This document shows, in pieces, positions 39,641 through 54,195 of a stretch of DNA of 64,000 bases. The position numbers and the translations under genes were made by a program. The notes under the pieces are model-generated. The model was not told the DNA's origin and searched no databases. It was given only the letters and a program-made list of their open reading frames with translations. Source of the DNA: Octopus vulgaris (lineage: Eukaryota); NCBI GenBank assembly GCA_951406725.2, contig OX597827.1, forward strand, positions 72,540,001 through 72,604,000, read 5' to 3'. Every line of letters starts with the position of its first letter. Positions within the stretch are counted from its first letter, which is position 1.

Positions 39641-39755
39641 CGCTAAGTGTGAGAGAGTTAATATAGTCAATAGACTATACAACTATTAGTGGTTTGGAGT
39701 TTAGCTGCTCTTTCTAGTGAGTCGGATGTCCTATTATGGCCATCCCTTATATGTT

Positions 39756-39809
<54 letters not shown>

Positions 39810-40054
39810 CATATATATATATATATATATACATACATATATATATGTATATATATATATGTATATATTTCAAAATGTGACTGTGTGTGTACCGTTGGCG
39901 ATTTTTTTTTCCTTCGTCTTCCCTTCCTTGGACTTTATTCTATGTTTCTGACGAAGAGCTCTGCTTGAAACATTAAACCTTCCTTCTTTCCTGAGCATCC
40001 AATCATACTATACTTGTTCCATGTCCTCGCGTTGTTGTGTTTTCATGTTTGGAT

Positions 40055-40169
<115 letters not shown>

Positions 40170-40224
40170 TCATCATCATCATCATCGTCGATTAAGCCAG
40201 AAGCTGCACCAGGCTCCAGTCTAA

Positions 40225-40298
<74 letters not shown>

Positions 40299-40892
40299 AC
40301 ACACACGCACACACACACACACACATACACACACACACACACATACCCTCCTATACAATGTATCTTAAAAATGTATGCATGCATTGAATAATTATAAAGT
40401 CAGTGTTTATTTAAGAATATTTCATTTTCGAAATATAATAGAATCTACAGGTAGAATTCAATTTTTATGAATGTCTGTTTTGAAGCTGATGATGTTCTGA
40501 TCCAGGCACTGCTGATAACATAAACAATAGAATCACATAACAATAGAATCACAAGCATAAATATAATAATGAATAAATAGGAGTGGCTGTGTGGTAAGTA
40601 GCTTGCTTACCAACCACATGGTTCCGGGTTCAGTCCCACTGCGTGGCACCTTGGGCAAATGTCTTCTACTATAGCCTCGGGCCGACCAAAGCCTTGTGAG
40701 TGGATTTGGTAGACGGAAACTGAAAGAAGCCCGTCGTATATATGTATATGTATGTATATATGTGTGTATGTGTGTGTGTTTGTCCCCCTAGCATTGCTTA
40801 TAATAATAATAATAATAATTGTGTACAGTGCTCAGGTGCACTACAACTCATCTAAAGTGTATATATAATCAGGTGTAGTTTCGGCGGATTTC

Positions 40893-40940
<48 letters not shown>

Positions 40941-42179
40941 CGATGCTGGTGTGTTGACGTCCCCGTAACTTAGCGGTTCGGCAAAGGAGACCGATAGAAT
41001 AAGTACTGGGCTTACAAAAGAATAAGTCCCGGTGTCGAGTTGCTCGATTAAAGGCGGTGCTCCAGCATGGCCGCAGTCAAATGACTGAAACAAGTAAAAG
41101 AATAAAAGAAAAGAATAAAAGAATTAATAATGAAATCATTGTATACAGTGCTCAGGTGCACCACAAAAAAATGCTCCATGTGAAGATTGAACTCAGATTG
41201 CTCAGATTGACTGATTATGAAACTGACATGCTGTCTACTTGTACTTACCATTTTGTTCATATTTACATGCGTTCTCATTCAGTGGTGTCCTAAATTCTCC
41301 AATATTGTTGGTTTTGTACTGTAAACTCTATCTTTTAAGAATCTTCATAACAAAAAAATCTATTGGTGTGATTTTCAGTAAATGCAGAGGGTATTCTATT
41401 GAATATGGAGGCACAAGGTTTTGTGGTTAGGCTGTTGGATTCAAGACTGTAAGATTGTGGGTTCAATTCCTGGACTGGGCAATGTGTAGTGTTTTTGAGC
41501 GAAACATTTCATTTGACGTTGTTCCAGTCCACACAGATGGCAAAAATGAGTAATATCCTGCAATGGGGTAACAAGGGAGTGAAAAGCATATACAACACAA
41601 AATCCAGGAAATTGGCCAATGTGTGTGTGTGTGTGTGGGGGGGGGGTCTTTAGGGTGTTGCACTTATCATTGTAGTTTTGATTCTTAAATTAGATAATGT
41701 ATTGTTTTCTTGAGCAGAACACCTCCTCCCTCCTCCCCTCCTCCTCCTCATCATCCTTCCCCTCTTCCCCCTCTTCCTCCTCCTCCTTCCCCTCTTCCCC
41801 TCTTCCTTCCCCTACCTCCCCTCTTCCCCCTCCTCCCCTCCTCCCTCTCATCATCATCACTATCATCATTTAACGTTTGTTGTCCATGCTGGCATGGGCT
41901 GGACGGTTTGACTGGGCTGGCATGCTGGAAAGCCACACCAGGCTCCAGTCTGATATGGCATGGTTTTCTATGGCTGGATGCCCTTCCTGGTGCCAACCGC
42001 TCGAAGAGTGTAATGGGTACTTTCATGTGCCACATCATATTTCTCTACTTCACTTTGCTGCAATGACTAACATCCCATCCAGTGGGAATGTATACACCAC
42101 AGAAACCAGGAAACTGCCATGATGAACGCATATGACTTAGGAAGGAGATTTATCCTTTTTTTCCCCACTGAACCTCTTC

Positions 42180-42540
42180 GTCTAGTCTACCTGTTTGACA
42201 AAATCTCATCAAGGGAGGGCCTTATAGTTGGGGGTGTCCCATATCAGTGAAAACAAAACTCCACTTCTTCAAATTTCTCTTGAAAGCTTAGCACGATAGG
42301 TTGATGTAGCAAGTTTGAATAAATGGGACCAATTACAGTACCAGAAAAACATAAGCCCCTATTAATTATTTTGATGATAAGCCACACCATACTGTAATAT
42401 GATGTTCCTCCATAATATGCAGACTCCCAGATCTCCAGTAGATACATTTGTGGCTGTTAATTGAACCATTTAATTTAAATGTTGCCTTATCTCTCTAAAC
42501 AATACTTGTCAGGCTGACCACTGCATCATCCAAATGTCCC
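42180..42540 (-). pseudogene. Tc1/mariner-superfamily transposase relic
   Basis: [27 protein letters not shown] plus a decayed FQQDGAP-like segment. Confidence 0.55.
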
Positions 42541-42936
42541 AAAATCTTCCTTTATTTCTTAAATAATGGCAGCATGGTGGCAGAAACGTCAGCATGCCGT
42601 TTGAAATGCTTAGTGGTATTTTGTCTGTCTTTATGTTCTGAGTTCAAATTCCACCGAGGTCAACTTTGCCTTTCATCCTTCTGGGGTTGATGAATTAAGT
42701 ATCAGTTGCATGCAGGGGTCGATCTAAGCGACTAGTCCCCTCCCCCAAAATTTCGGGCCTTGTGCCTAGAGTAGAAAAGAATCTTAATGGCCTTACACAC
42801 TCTTGATTTCACCCCCCCCATCTTTCCACTAATCTGTATACACAGATCCTTAGATCTAGCCTTGTCTTTCTGTAAGTGGTTTCTCTCTCTACATATGTAT
42901 ATATATATATATACATACATACATACATACATACAT

Positions 42937-42985
<49 letters not shown>

Positions 42986-43030
42986 AATATAATATAAGAG
43001 AATGGTCACTATGTGGCTCATTCTATTAAT

Positions 43031-43131
<101 letters not shown>

Positions 43132-43193
43132 ATATATATATATATATATAGTATATGTACATATTTATATCTTCATATCTATATATGTACATG

Positions 43194-43255
<62 letters not shown>

Positions 43256-43575
43256 CCTATCTACCTGCCTGCCTGCCTACCTACCTACCTACATACATAC
43301 CTACCTACCTGCCTGCTTGCCTGTCTGCCTGTCTGTCTGTCTATTTATGTCCCTTGCATTTGAAAAGTATGGAAATATGTTTGAAAAGCATTTCATTTAA
43401 AAATTTCGACTATTTGTTTTTCATACTTTACTCCAAGTTGAAAAAGTCGCAAAAACTGAAACCGGTACTAAAATGTTCTTCATGATAAAATTATTTTAGC
43501 ATTTTCTACTTTGTCTTATTTTCCTTATTCATAGCAACTCATGTGTTCCTTTTCAACCTTATATATATATATATA

Positions 43576-43974
43576 CTAGCAGTATCGCCCGGCGTTGCTC
43601 GGGTTTGTAAGGGAAATAACTATATAAGGATTTTTAGAGAGTTATAGCCAAAAAATAGCAAAAAAATGCATTAAAAATGGAAAAAAAATTATGGTAAATG
43701 TTTTTAAAAATCGTTGACTCATCGTAGACATTTTTAGAGAGTTACTTCCCTTATATAATAGCGAAAAAATGCATTAAAATGGAAAAAAATTATGGTAAAT
43801 TATTTTTTAAAATCGTAGACTCATCGTAGACGCGCGCTAATACCCAGAAGGGCTCGATATGAATCACGACTATAAGATACCCGGTTTTGTTTAAACTGCA
43901 CCGCAAAATGTGGGAGTAGTTAGGAATCTAAATCGGAGTAGACAGACACACAACTTGACTTTTATATATAAAGA
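43576..43974 (-). mobile_element. Non-autonomous Helitron
   Basis: On the minus strand: A|TC start, CCCGAGCAACGCCGGG subterminal hairpin, CTAG|T end. Confidence 0.8.
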
Positions 43975-44071
43975 TATATGGCAGGGAAGAAAATGGAGAA
44001 GAGATATACCTTCAGTAGTATATTGGGTATTTATTATTCCTTAGACGGTTGTCTAACCTCTAACTCAAATA

Positions 44072-44127
<56 letters not shown>

Positions 44128-44957
44128 TATGGGGTCTAATGCTCTTAGCTTAGACATTTTTGGGGGTAACCAGATCCAACCATCTCAAGTGTAACTGCTC
44201 AAAATGGTCATGACATCTGACATGACTGCAGAAAGAAGGCCATGAATGAACCGTCCATTTTTACCTGTCCTTCTAATTGTTGTTTCTCTTGTCTGCCTTT
44301 GTATCATCTGTCCATTCCAATGTTTTTATTGTCCTCAATTTCGTTTTCGTTCCATTTTTATATTTACATATATATAAATATATGCAAATGAGTAACAGTA
44401 GAGGTATAAGTGTCAATGTATTATGGCCACTCACGTAAAAAGCACCATCCGCACATGGCCGATGCCAGTGCTGCCTTGACTGGCTTCTGTGCCGGTGGTA
44501 CATAAAAGGCACCAACCAATCGTGGCCGCTGCCAGACTCCCCTGGCACCTGTGCTGGTGGCATGTAAAAAGCCCCCACTACACACACGGAGTGGTTGGCG
44601 TTAGGAAGGGCATCCAGCTGTAGAAACACTGCCAGATCAGACTGGAGCCTGGTGCAGCCTCCTGGCTTCCCAGACCCCGGTCGAACCGTCCAACCCGTGC
44701 TAGCACAGAAAACGGACGTTAAACGATGATGATGATGATGAAGATGATGAAAACATTACATCATTGTAAAGAAACTGTTTCTGTCAGATGAATTCATGAA
44801 CTTCAAAATAAAGGACATTCAAAATGATTTAACATGGTTTAAAATCCGTGGAGCAAAAAACATTTGCAGTGCTTCTGCTGCTATTTTAGCTGACAGAACG
44901 CATTTACGAGAATAGTGTATATTTGATCAATTTAAGTACCTAATTCAACTGAATCTT

Positions 44958-44987
<30 letters not shown>

Positions 44988-44988
<1 letters not shown>

Positions 44989-45379
44989 CTTTAAATAAAA
45001 GAGAGGTTGTGTGCTGTCTGTCTCCTACGATTTAGATTCCTAACTACTCCCATATTTTGCGGTGCAGTTTAACCAAAACCTGGTATCTTATAGTCGTGAT
45101 TCATATCGAGCCCTTCTGGGTATTAGCCCGCGTCTACGATGAGTCTACGATTAAAAAAAAAATTTACCATCAATTTTCCCCATTTTTAATGCATTTTTGG
45201 CATATATAAGGGAAGTAACTCTCTAAAAATTTATTATTATATCTCAGAACGTAAAAAGCTACAGTAACACCCCCCTTTGTGGTTAGCCATATTGAGATGG
45301 CTATTATACTTTACATCTCTAAAAATGCTTATATAGTTATTTCCCTTACAAACCCGAGCAACGCCAGGCGATACTGCTA

Positions 45380-45380
<1 letters not shown>
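44988..45380 (+). mobile_element. Non-autonomous Helitron, second copy
   Basis: A|TC...CCCGAGCAACGCCAGG...CTAG|T; homologous to 43576-43974. Confidence 0.8.
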
Positions 45381-45426
<46 letters not shown>

Positions 45427-45612
45427 CACACATATATATATATGAGGTATTGCCTGGACTTGTGCTTGGGAGGGTAACTTTCTAGGTGCAATCCCATAGT
45501 AAGTCATGACCGAAGGGGATCTGATATAAGAGGTGAGGACCATAATACATCAAGGGGTTTATGAATTAAAGATCGGCTATAACTACAATTTTTGTCCTTT
45601 CCTTACACTTCA

Positions 45613-45656
<44 letters not shown>

Positions 45657-45884
45657 TAGATAGATCGATAGATATATCGTAAAGGTAATTTGTATTATAT
45701 ATATATATATATAATACAAATTATTTTTAAGAAGGAAATCAGAACCTTTGATTTAATTTACTTTATATGCCACTTCAAACCACTTTACACCAAATACTTT
45801 AAAGGGCTTTTGGGTAAAAAGTCCTCAGCAATGCGATGCTAAGTGTCCACAATTAATACATATACATGTATACATATGCACATA

Positions 45885-45957
<73 letters not shown>

Positions 45958-46722
45958 GTCTATCTATCTATCTATCTAGCTAGCTAGCTAGTTAGCTATG
46001 TATATATATATATATAGTACAAAGTAAGATAGGGGTTATGTGTGTAACCCACTATGGGATATCATTTATCCAAGGCTGAAACAGCTGTAAGAAGTAATTT
46101 CTGGATTTCAATATTTTATAATATGACTTTTAAAATCTGTATTTGTATTATTATCTTATCTATTGATTTATATAATATTTTGTATGCTTCTGATGTCCTC
46201 ATTTGTAAAATGAATAAATAATGTAACATTGTAATATCCGTAAGTTGATGAACAAACTAAATTTGTTTCTCCATTTCCTTATTTGTATTTTTTTTTTCAG
46301 TATGTGACCTCGTGAAGACCACTTGCATTTTTTTTCCCTCTGTCCTCCCACCTCGGGATCTTTCTTTCTCCTATGTTTCCGACGAAGAGCTCCGCTCGAA
46401 ACGTCATACCCTCCCTCTTCCCTTTTTTCCTGAGCGCCCAATAATACTTTATTTGTTCCACATCCTCGCGTATATCTTTTGTTTTCTTGTTTGGATTATA
46501 TATATATATATATATATTTCTCTTTACTTTCTCTCCTTGTTTCTTTCTGTCGTCCTTTCTGTGAAAGAGCAGAGGCTCAAAACATCAAAGACTTTTTCAC
46601 TTCTCAAACGTTATGCTAATACACCTGTTTGTTGTCTATACCACCTGTCTTTGTCTTTTGTTTTTTTGTGAATTCCCTATATATATATATATATATATAC
46701 ACACGCACACACATACATACAT

Positions 46723-46767
<45 letters not shown>

Positions 46768-46789
46768 TATGCGCATATATATATATGGG

Positions 46790-47125
46790 GGATGAGATTT
46801 CCTGGAAAAGTCGGAGGATGGGGAGGATACTTCATGGGAAAGTCCGAGGTAATGCTGGAAAGTTCCCAGGATGAGGAGTAGAATTCCTGGAAAGGTCTGA
46901 GCATGGGGACAAGATTACATGGAAAAGTCCGAGTATGGGGGTCTTCCTGAAAAGTCCGGTGATGGGGATGAGATTACCTGGAAAACTCTGAGGGTGTGGG
47001 CGAAATTACCTGGAAAGTTCCGGGGAGTGGGAGGAAGGGGAGAACAACTTTCTGGAAAGTTCTGAGGAGGGAAAGGTGGGAGGGGAGGCGGGACTTTCTG
47101 GAAAAACATGAAAAGGGCATTCATG
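46790..47125. repeat. G-rich degenerate minisatellite (CTGGAAAAGTCC units)
   Basis: Roughly ten GGAAAAGTCC-like units; related reversed sequence at 10680-10810. Confidence 0.6.
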
Positions 47126-47141
47126 TGTCAGTTCTCTCTCT

Positions 47142-49007
47142 GTGCTGTATGGTAAGCCTAAATCGACAATATCTATTATCCTAAAACATAAGGAAGTGAT
47201 AAAAGCAGCTGATGTTGCAAAAGGAGTGAATGTTATTGATAAACAAAGACCAAAGATACTTGAAGAAGTGGGAAAGTTATTGCTTATTTTTATAAAGGAG
47301 AAACAGTTAGCAGGTGACAGAATCAGTGAAGCGTTTATTTGTGGGAAAGCATTAGAAATTTATAATGATCTGGTAAAGAAAAGCCCTTGTACATGTGCTG
47401 AATGTGATACTTTTGAATTCAAATCTGGTAGAGGCTGGTTCGAGAAATTTAAGAAGATAAGTGAAATATACAGTGTAATTAGGCATGGAGAGGTAGTGAG
47501 TTCAAACAAGGAAGTGGCAGAGAAATTTGTGATTGAGTTTAGTGACTTGATAAATGAAGGAGGTTATCTCTTCCAACAGGTGTTTAACGAGGATGAAACA
47601 GGATTATTTTGGAAACGAATGCCAAAACAGGACCTATTTTACTAAGGTGGAAAAAGCGTTGCCAGGCCACAAGCCAATGAAAGATGGACTCACTCTATTA
47701 CTATGTGGCAACGCAAGTGGTGATTTGAAAGTCAAGCCATTGCTTGTTTACCATTCCGATAATCCGAGGGTTTTCAAAAGAAACAATGTTATGAAAAGTA
47801 AATTGCCTGTTTTGTGGTGAGCTAATATGAAGGCTTGCATAATCAGACAACTTTTTATTGAGTAGATTCATGAAATTTATGTCCTGAGTGTTAAAAAATA
47901 TCTGCAAGAAAGAAAACTTGCCACTAAAATGCCTTCTCATGTTAGACAATGTTCACATTCAGCCTCCAGGTTTGGAAGATGACTTTGTTGAAGAGTTTGA
48001 TTTTATTCAGGTCAAATACCTGCCATCTAACACAACACCTCTAATATAACCAATGGATCAACAGGTCATTGCAAACTTTTGACAAAAGCCCTGTTTTGAA
48101 AATGTTTTCAAGTCACTAATGGCACTCAGTAAATTCTCAGAGAATTTTGGAGAAATCGTTTCAATTTCCTGAATTGTGTTAATCTGATTGATAATGCATG
48201 GAACGAAGTGAGTTATAGAACCATGAATTCAGCATGGAGGAAACTTTGGCCAGACTGTGTACCAGAACGAGACTTTGAGGGGTTTGAGACAGCTACAAGT
48301 ATTGCTACTGTCGAGGTAATTGCTATTGTTGATGATATTGTCTCTATGGGAAAAACTATGGGTTTGGATGTCGACAGAGAAGATATTGAAAAGCTGGTGG
48401 AAGACCACCATACTGAGCTTACCATCAAAGAGTTCGTACACCTTCAAAATGAACAGTGAGAGACTTTGGTTGAGGAAGTGTCTTCTGAGGGGGAAGAAAG
48501 AAAGGAGGATGTCCCAAGTTCTTTAATCAAAGAAATTTGTGCTAAATGGGGTGATGTGCAAAGTTTTGTGGGAAAACATCACCCTGATACAGTGGTAGCA
48601 AACAGAGCAGGAAACCTTTTCAATGACATTGTCATGTCTCATTTTAGAAAAATAATTACAATGCAGGCAAAAACAACTAAGATCGGACAGGTTTCCACTG
48701 GAAGAAAAGAAAAGAAACTCCAGAGAAAGATTTACCTGAGCTAAAGAAACAGAGAAGGGAAGAAACCCCTGAAAGACAGTTATCAGAAGTTTTTATGGAA
48801 GGGGACTCCCCTTCTAAGAAATAACACACTTTGATGTGTTATATACAGTTTGAATAAACGATATCATACTAAAATATAGAGTGTAAGCATGTAAATCACC
48901 ATTCCTCTGATGATTGGAAATGAATTAATCTGTTTTACATTAATTGTAATGGGAAAAAATGATTCAGTTCTTGAACAATTTGGTTTTAGAACAAACTTTC
49001 AGAACAA

Positions 49008-49010
<3 letters not shown>
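47142..49010 (+). pseudogene. Tigger/pogo (TIGD1-like) transposase pseudogene and 3' end
   Basis: CENP-B HTH (FEFKSGRGWFEKFK), QQVFNEDETGLFWKRMP, PGHKPMKDGLTLLLCGNASGD, LPSNTT...PMDQQVI, AWRKLWP; several frameshifts and stops. Confidence 0.92.
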
Positions 49011-49085
<75 letters not shown>

Positions 49086-49134
49086 AATATTAAATTTCTA
49101 AATCTCTCATAGAGATATGTACGGTGGTGGGGCG

Positions 49135-49400
49135 ATAGAATGGTTAATCTAATGTGAACGTGACAGTAGGGGGTTACACCACCGCTGTTTAGCCCTAGGA
49201 AGCATTGATGCTTCCTGATGGCTTCGACACATTTTTCCTCTGTCCTTATATACATTTGTCTCCCCTTCGTAAATGTATATAAGGACACAGGAAAAATGTG
49301 TCAAAGCCACCAGGAAGCGTCAATGCTTCCTAGGGCTAAACAGCAGTGGCGTAGCCCCCTACTGTCACGCTCACGTTAGATTGACAGTATACGACCATTC

Positions 49401-49402
<2 letters not shown>
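49135..49402. repeat. About 270-bp foldback element
   Basis: About 120-bp inverted arms around a 13-nt loop GTCTCCCCTTCGT. Confidence 0.88.
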
Positions 49403-49432
<30 letters not shown>

Positions 49433-49458
49433 TACTCACACATACACACACACACATA

Positions 49459-49496
<38 letters not shown>

Positions 49497-50150
49497 TATG
49501 TATACACGCACATAATTTAACGCATTGGTCTTCAGTCTACAGCCTGTACAGAACCGATCTATAATTTATAATCTATAACTATTTTTCCCCCTTCAGTTTT
49601 TATAACCAAGTTTTTATAGCCAATCTGTTTTAATCTTGTGGTGATTGAAATTAGTCCAGGGCGGATGGCAATTGAAACAGAAGGATTATCTCTTAAAACG
49701 GATTATCTCTGTTATAATTTTTAGTTGATAAACTCGTGACCACAGATTATTGCAATGATTTATATCTTTTTGTTTTTATGGTTGTTAATTACGGTTTTCT
49801 TTTTGTGGACTTTTATTGGTTCCTCCCCACAAATTTTAGGTCAACTGAATGTCATGTCAAAGGTTAAAAGAACTCTTGTGTGGTCAAGTAAATAACATCC
49901 TTTTGACCAGTCAAAAATAAAGGTTTAATAACAAATAAAGAAGGACTTGAACAGTCTATAATTTTTACTTGTGTTTTTTTTTTACCAGTTGGTGATATCT
50001 TATTAACTACTATTAGCATTTTACTAATTAACAGCAGTGTTTTATTAATTAGTTATAGTATTTTACTAATTGCTGATAGTATTTTATTAATCCATGATTG
50101 TATTTTACAAATTAGTTGTAGCGTTTTACTAATTTGCAATATTTTGTAAG

Positions 50151-50449
50151 TGGAGGCACATGGCCTAGTGGTTAGAGCAGTGGACTTGCGGTTGAGGGAT
50201 TGCGGGTTCGAATCTCAGACCAGGCAATGTATGCGTTTATGATAGAAACACGTAAGCTCCACACAGCTCCAGCAGAAGGTAATGGCAAAATTCTGCTGAC
50301 TCTTTCACCACAACTTTCTCTCACTCTTTCCTCTTGCATCTTGCAGCTCACCTGCGACAGACCGGCATCCCGTCCAGGTGGGGAACCTATACGCCAAGAA
50401 ACTGGGAAACTGGCCCTATGAGCCAGGTGTGGCTCGAGAAGGAACAAAT
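50151..50449 (+). mobile_element. SINE family D with 12-bp TSD
   Basis: tRNA-like head with GGTTCGAATC B box; TSD AATATTTTGTAA at 50138-50149 and 50450-50461; another copy at 54641-54942(-). Confidence 0.88.
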
Positions 50450-50499
50450 AATATTTTGTAAATATAAATATTAATTTTCATCATATATTAACTACAGGA

Positions 50500-50688
50500 C
50501 AGTGCTCCACAACCGGTATGCCATGGCACACTAGTATGTCACAAGACGATGCTAGGTGTACCGCAGTGTATCCCGATTATATAATTTTTTTCCTTATGCT
50601 TATAGTTATATCTTTAGTTCAGGCGTGCTGTCGAATTTGGAAAAGAATATAAGTGTATTGCAAATGAAAAAACGGTTATGGAGGACTG
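50500..50688. mobile_element. hAT (Charlie-like) MITE
   Basis: TIRs CAGTGCTCCACAACCG / CGGTTATGGAGGACTG; decayed 8-bp TSD CTACAGGA/TTATAGAA. Confidence 0.7.
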
Positions 50689-52486
50689 TTATAGAAAATA
50701 GTCTGATACTAGTACATATAAGTCCCAGATGGGAAAAAATTGAACATTAGTATGCATGGAAGTTGAACTCACACCTCTTGTTCAATTCTGAAGTTCAAAT
50801 TCTGCCGATGTTGACTTTGCCTTTCATCCTCTTGGGGATCGATTAAATAAGTACCAGTTATGTACTGGGGTCGATGTAATCGACATAATCCCTTTGTCTG
50901 TCCTTGTTTGTTGCCTCTGTGTTTAGCCTCTTGTGGACAATAAAGAAATAAGAACATATCAAGATATAAGCGATAAGCAGGCTAACCATAAGATATCCAT
51001 AAGTTAAGAAATGGTGATGAGTGAAAATGTAATTCAAAGTTTCACCATATATTGACTTAAGAAAATGGTCTGAGATTATCTTTTATATCGTATCTTTCAC
51101 TTGTTTTAGTCATTAGACTGTGGCCATTCTGGGGCACCATCTATAGTTGAACGTAATGACACCAATACTTTTTTCTTAAACTTCGTACTTATTCTATTGA
51201 TATCTTTTGCTGAACCGCTAAGTTACAAGGACATAAACACATGAACACTGGTTGTCAGGTGGTATTAGGAGGACAAACACAGACACAAAGGCACACACAC
51301 ATAGATATGTACATACATACACATATATGGTGTAAAGGTATCACACTTAGTTACGTTAACAAAGGAATGTAGGTTCAAGTCCCATGCAGATAGGAAAGCC
51401 TTCTTTTTTCTGTTGAAGGCTTATATGCCCCTTTGCTAGATTATTTTTCTTAGCCATTGCATGGGATCGCCATAAGCTCTAAGCTTACATAAATACCATT
51501 ATTATTATTTACAGGATTGTAAAACACAGCACTGTAAAACAAAACCATTCGCACTGAAAGCATATATATATATATATATATATATAGGAAGAATTCATGA
51601 AAAAACAAAAGATGAAGACAGGTGGGGTAGAAAACAAACAGATGTATTAGTATAATGCTCAGGAAATTGAAAATTCTTTTACATTTCGAGCCTATGCTCT
51701 TCTACAGAAATGGATACAGAAAGAAACAAGGAGAGAAAAACAAATGTGTGTAGTGGCTATTTAATGGGTGACATTTTTAAAGGGGCACCACTTCTGCTGT
51801 AAGCAATATGTGTCTTTTGTGGAAAGCAGAAGGGCCACTCCGGGTGGCACACACTCTAGCTATGCTAGTGGCTGGATGCCTCTCCTGTTACCAACACTTA
51901 ACTGTTATCAACCAATTTAATATTTTCTCATGGCAAGAAGTGCTTTTGTAGAGTATTGGAAATCAATGACACAGCTTGTATGACAGTGCCATACAAAGAC
52001 ATACACACACACATACACACACATACACACACATACACACACTACACACACATGTAACATAAATCTGGAGAAGAAGCACACTCATAGAAGTAGAGCAGGC
52101 TGAATCTTTAGCATGCTGGCCAAAATGTTTTGATGTTCTGTGTTCAAATGCCATCAGGGTTGACTTTGCCTTTCATTCTTCCGGGGTTGACAAAATGAGT
52201 ACCAGGTGAGCCCTGGGGGTTGATGTAATCAACTTAGCTCCTTGAAAGTGTTGGCTTTGCCTTGTGCCAAAATTTGAAACAAAATTTGAAGCAAGAAGAA
52301 AATGGAGCGAATGTAAATATAAATTAATTTACATCTATACTCTCTCTGTTTGCTTCTCATTTTTCAAATTCTAAATTTTTAATATGTCTATTTATATTGA
52401 TGAAATTTTCTCAGAGATATAGGTTATCAAACCATTGTAGTTAGGTTGATTTCATCCCTACAAGAGGGGTACAGATCCTTGTATTG

Positions 52487-52531
<45 letters not shown>

Positions 52532-52534
<3 letters not shown>

Positions 52535-52741
52535 GGTGGCCCAAAAGTAGATTTACAGTTATCATGTACGCACTTTAAATTTATTTTAAAGCATTTAATT
52601 ACATTTAAATTTCTATCTTATAATTAGCTAAATTAGCATAGAATAATGGTTTCATATTGTTTTATAATTAAGATCTAAACTGTTGATACAGGAATGCAAA
52701 AGAGATAGTTGAATAACTGTAAGCCTACTTTTGGGTCACAC
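52532..52741. mobile_element. Tc1/mariner-type MITE
   Basis: TIRs GGGTGGCCCAAAAGTAGATTTACAGTT / AACTGTAAGCCTACTTTTGGGTCAC; adjoins a TA tract. Confidence 0.7.
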
Positions 52742-53023
52742 GCTCTCTCTATGTGTGTGTGTGTGTGTGTGTATACATACATAAATATGTACACACAAGC
52801 ACACATATATGATACATACAATGGGCTTCCTTCAATTTTCATCTACCAGATCACTTGCAAACCCTTGATTAGCTCAGGAATATAGTGGAAGAAACTTGTT
52901 CAAAGTGCCACACAGTGGGACTGAACCTGAAACCATGTGGTTTGAAAGCAAACTGACTGAAATATATATATATATACATACCTATATATATACATACATA
53001 TATATATATACATATACATATAC

Positions 53024-53085
<62 letters not shown>

Positions 53086-53194
53086 GGTAAATAATGAAAG
53101 AAAGAAAATGGAGAATATGATAGTGATTAAACCAGTAAAATTTTTGGATTATTTAATCTTTAATGAGGATCTGACATCCTCAGATTGGCAGACA

Positions 53195-53266
<72 letters not shown>

Positions 53267-53774
53267 ACACATACACATATATACGCATACATACATATAC
53301 ACACACATATGTATATATATGTATATATATGTATATATACACACACATGTATATATATATATACACACATATATATATCCATGTGTATATATACCTATAA
53401 ACATTCATACATACATGCATACATACCTACATATAGATCTATGTATATATCAACATATACACATGTGCTTGTACATGCGAGCATGCAAACGGATTTACAT
53501 TGTGTCCCTCTCTTACGCATACATTTCACAATGAAATGCCCACACATGCACACACAAACACACACACACACACATACACATACACACACAAAGTAACAAA
53601 TGATAAACCAAGCCATGTGCTTCGTGTCACTGCATTTTGGCAGGAAACTCCACATCGATTGACACAACGATTTAATGCTATTATGATGCACTTGCTGCAT
53701 TGTAATGCACTGAATCCGTAAACAATTTTGTCTCTGGGAATGATGTCTATGAATTTTAGATCTTTTCTATGAAG

Positions 53775-54195
53775 CTCTGTCTGTCGGTCTGACTGTCTGT
53801 CTATCTGTCTGTCTGACTGTCTGTCTGTCTGACTGTCTGACTGCCTATCTGTCTGTCTGTCTATCTGTCTGTCTGTCTATCTGTCTACCTGCCTGTCTGT
53901 CTATCTGTCTGTCAGTCTGACTGCCTGCCTATCTGTCTGTCAGTCTGACTGCCTGCCTATCTGCCTGTCTGTCTATCTGTCTATCTGTCTGCCTATCTGC
54001 CTGTCTGTCTATCTGTCTGTAAGTCTGACTGCCTGCCTATCTGTCTGTCTGTCTATCTGTCTACCTGCCTCTGTCTGTCTGTCTGTCTGACTGCCTGCCT
54101 ATCTGCCTGTCTGTCTATCTGTCTGTCTGACTGTCTGCCTGCCTATCTGCCTGACTGTCTGTCTGTCTGCCTGTTTGTCTGTCTATCTGTCTCTG
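53775..54195. repeat. Compound (TGTC/TGCC/TATC)n tetranucleotide repeat
   Basis: Visible directly in the sequence. Confidence 0.9.

Noticed and set aside
47142-48744. Domesticated TIGD/CENP-B gene
   Set aside because: Multiple frameshifts and in-frame stops, the N-terminus is missing, and the transposon 3' end is retained.
50151-50225. tRNA gene
   Set aside because: The tRNA-like head runs into a SINE body with a TSD; no complete cloverleaf or terminator is evident. The same applies to the other SINE heads.
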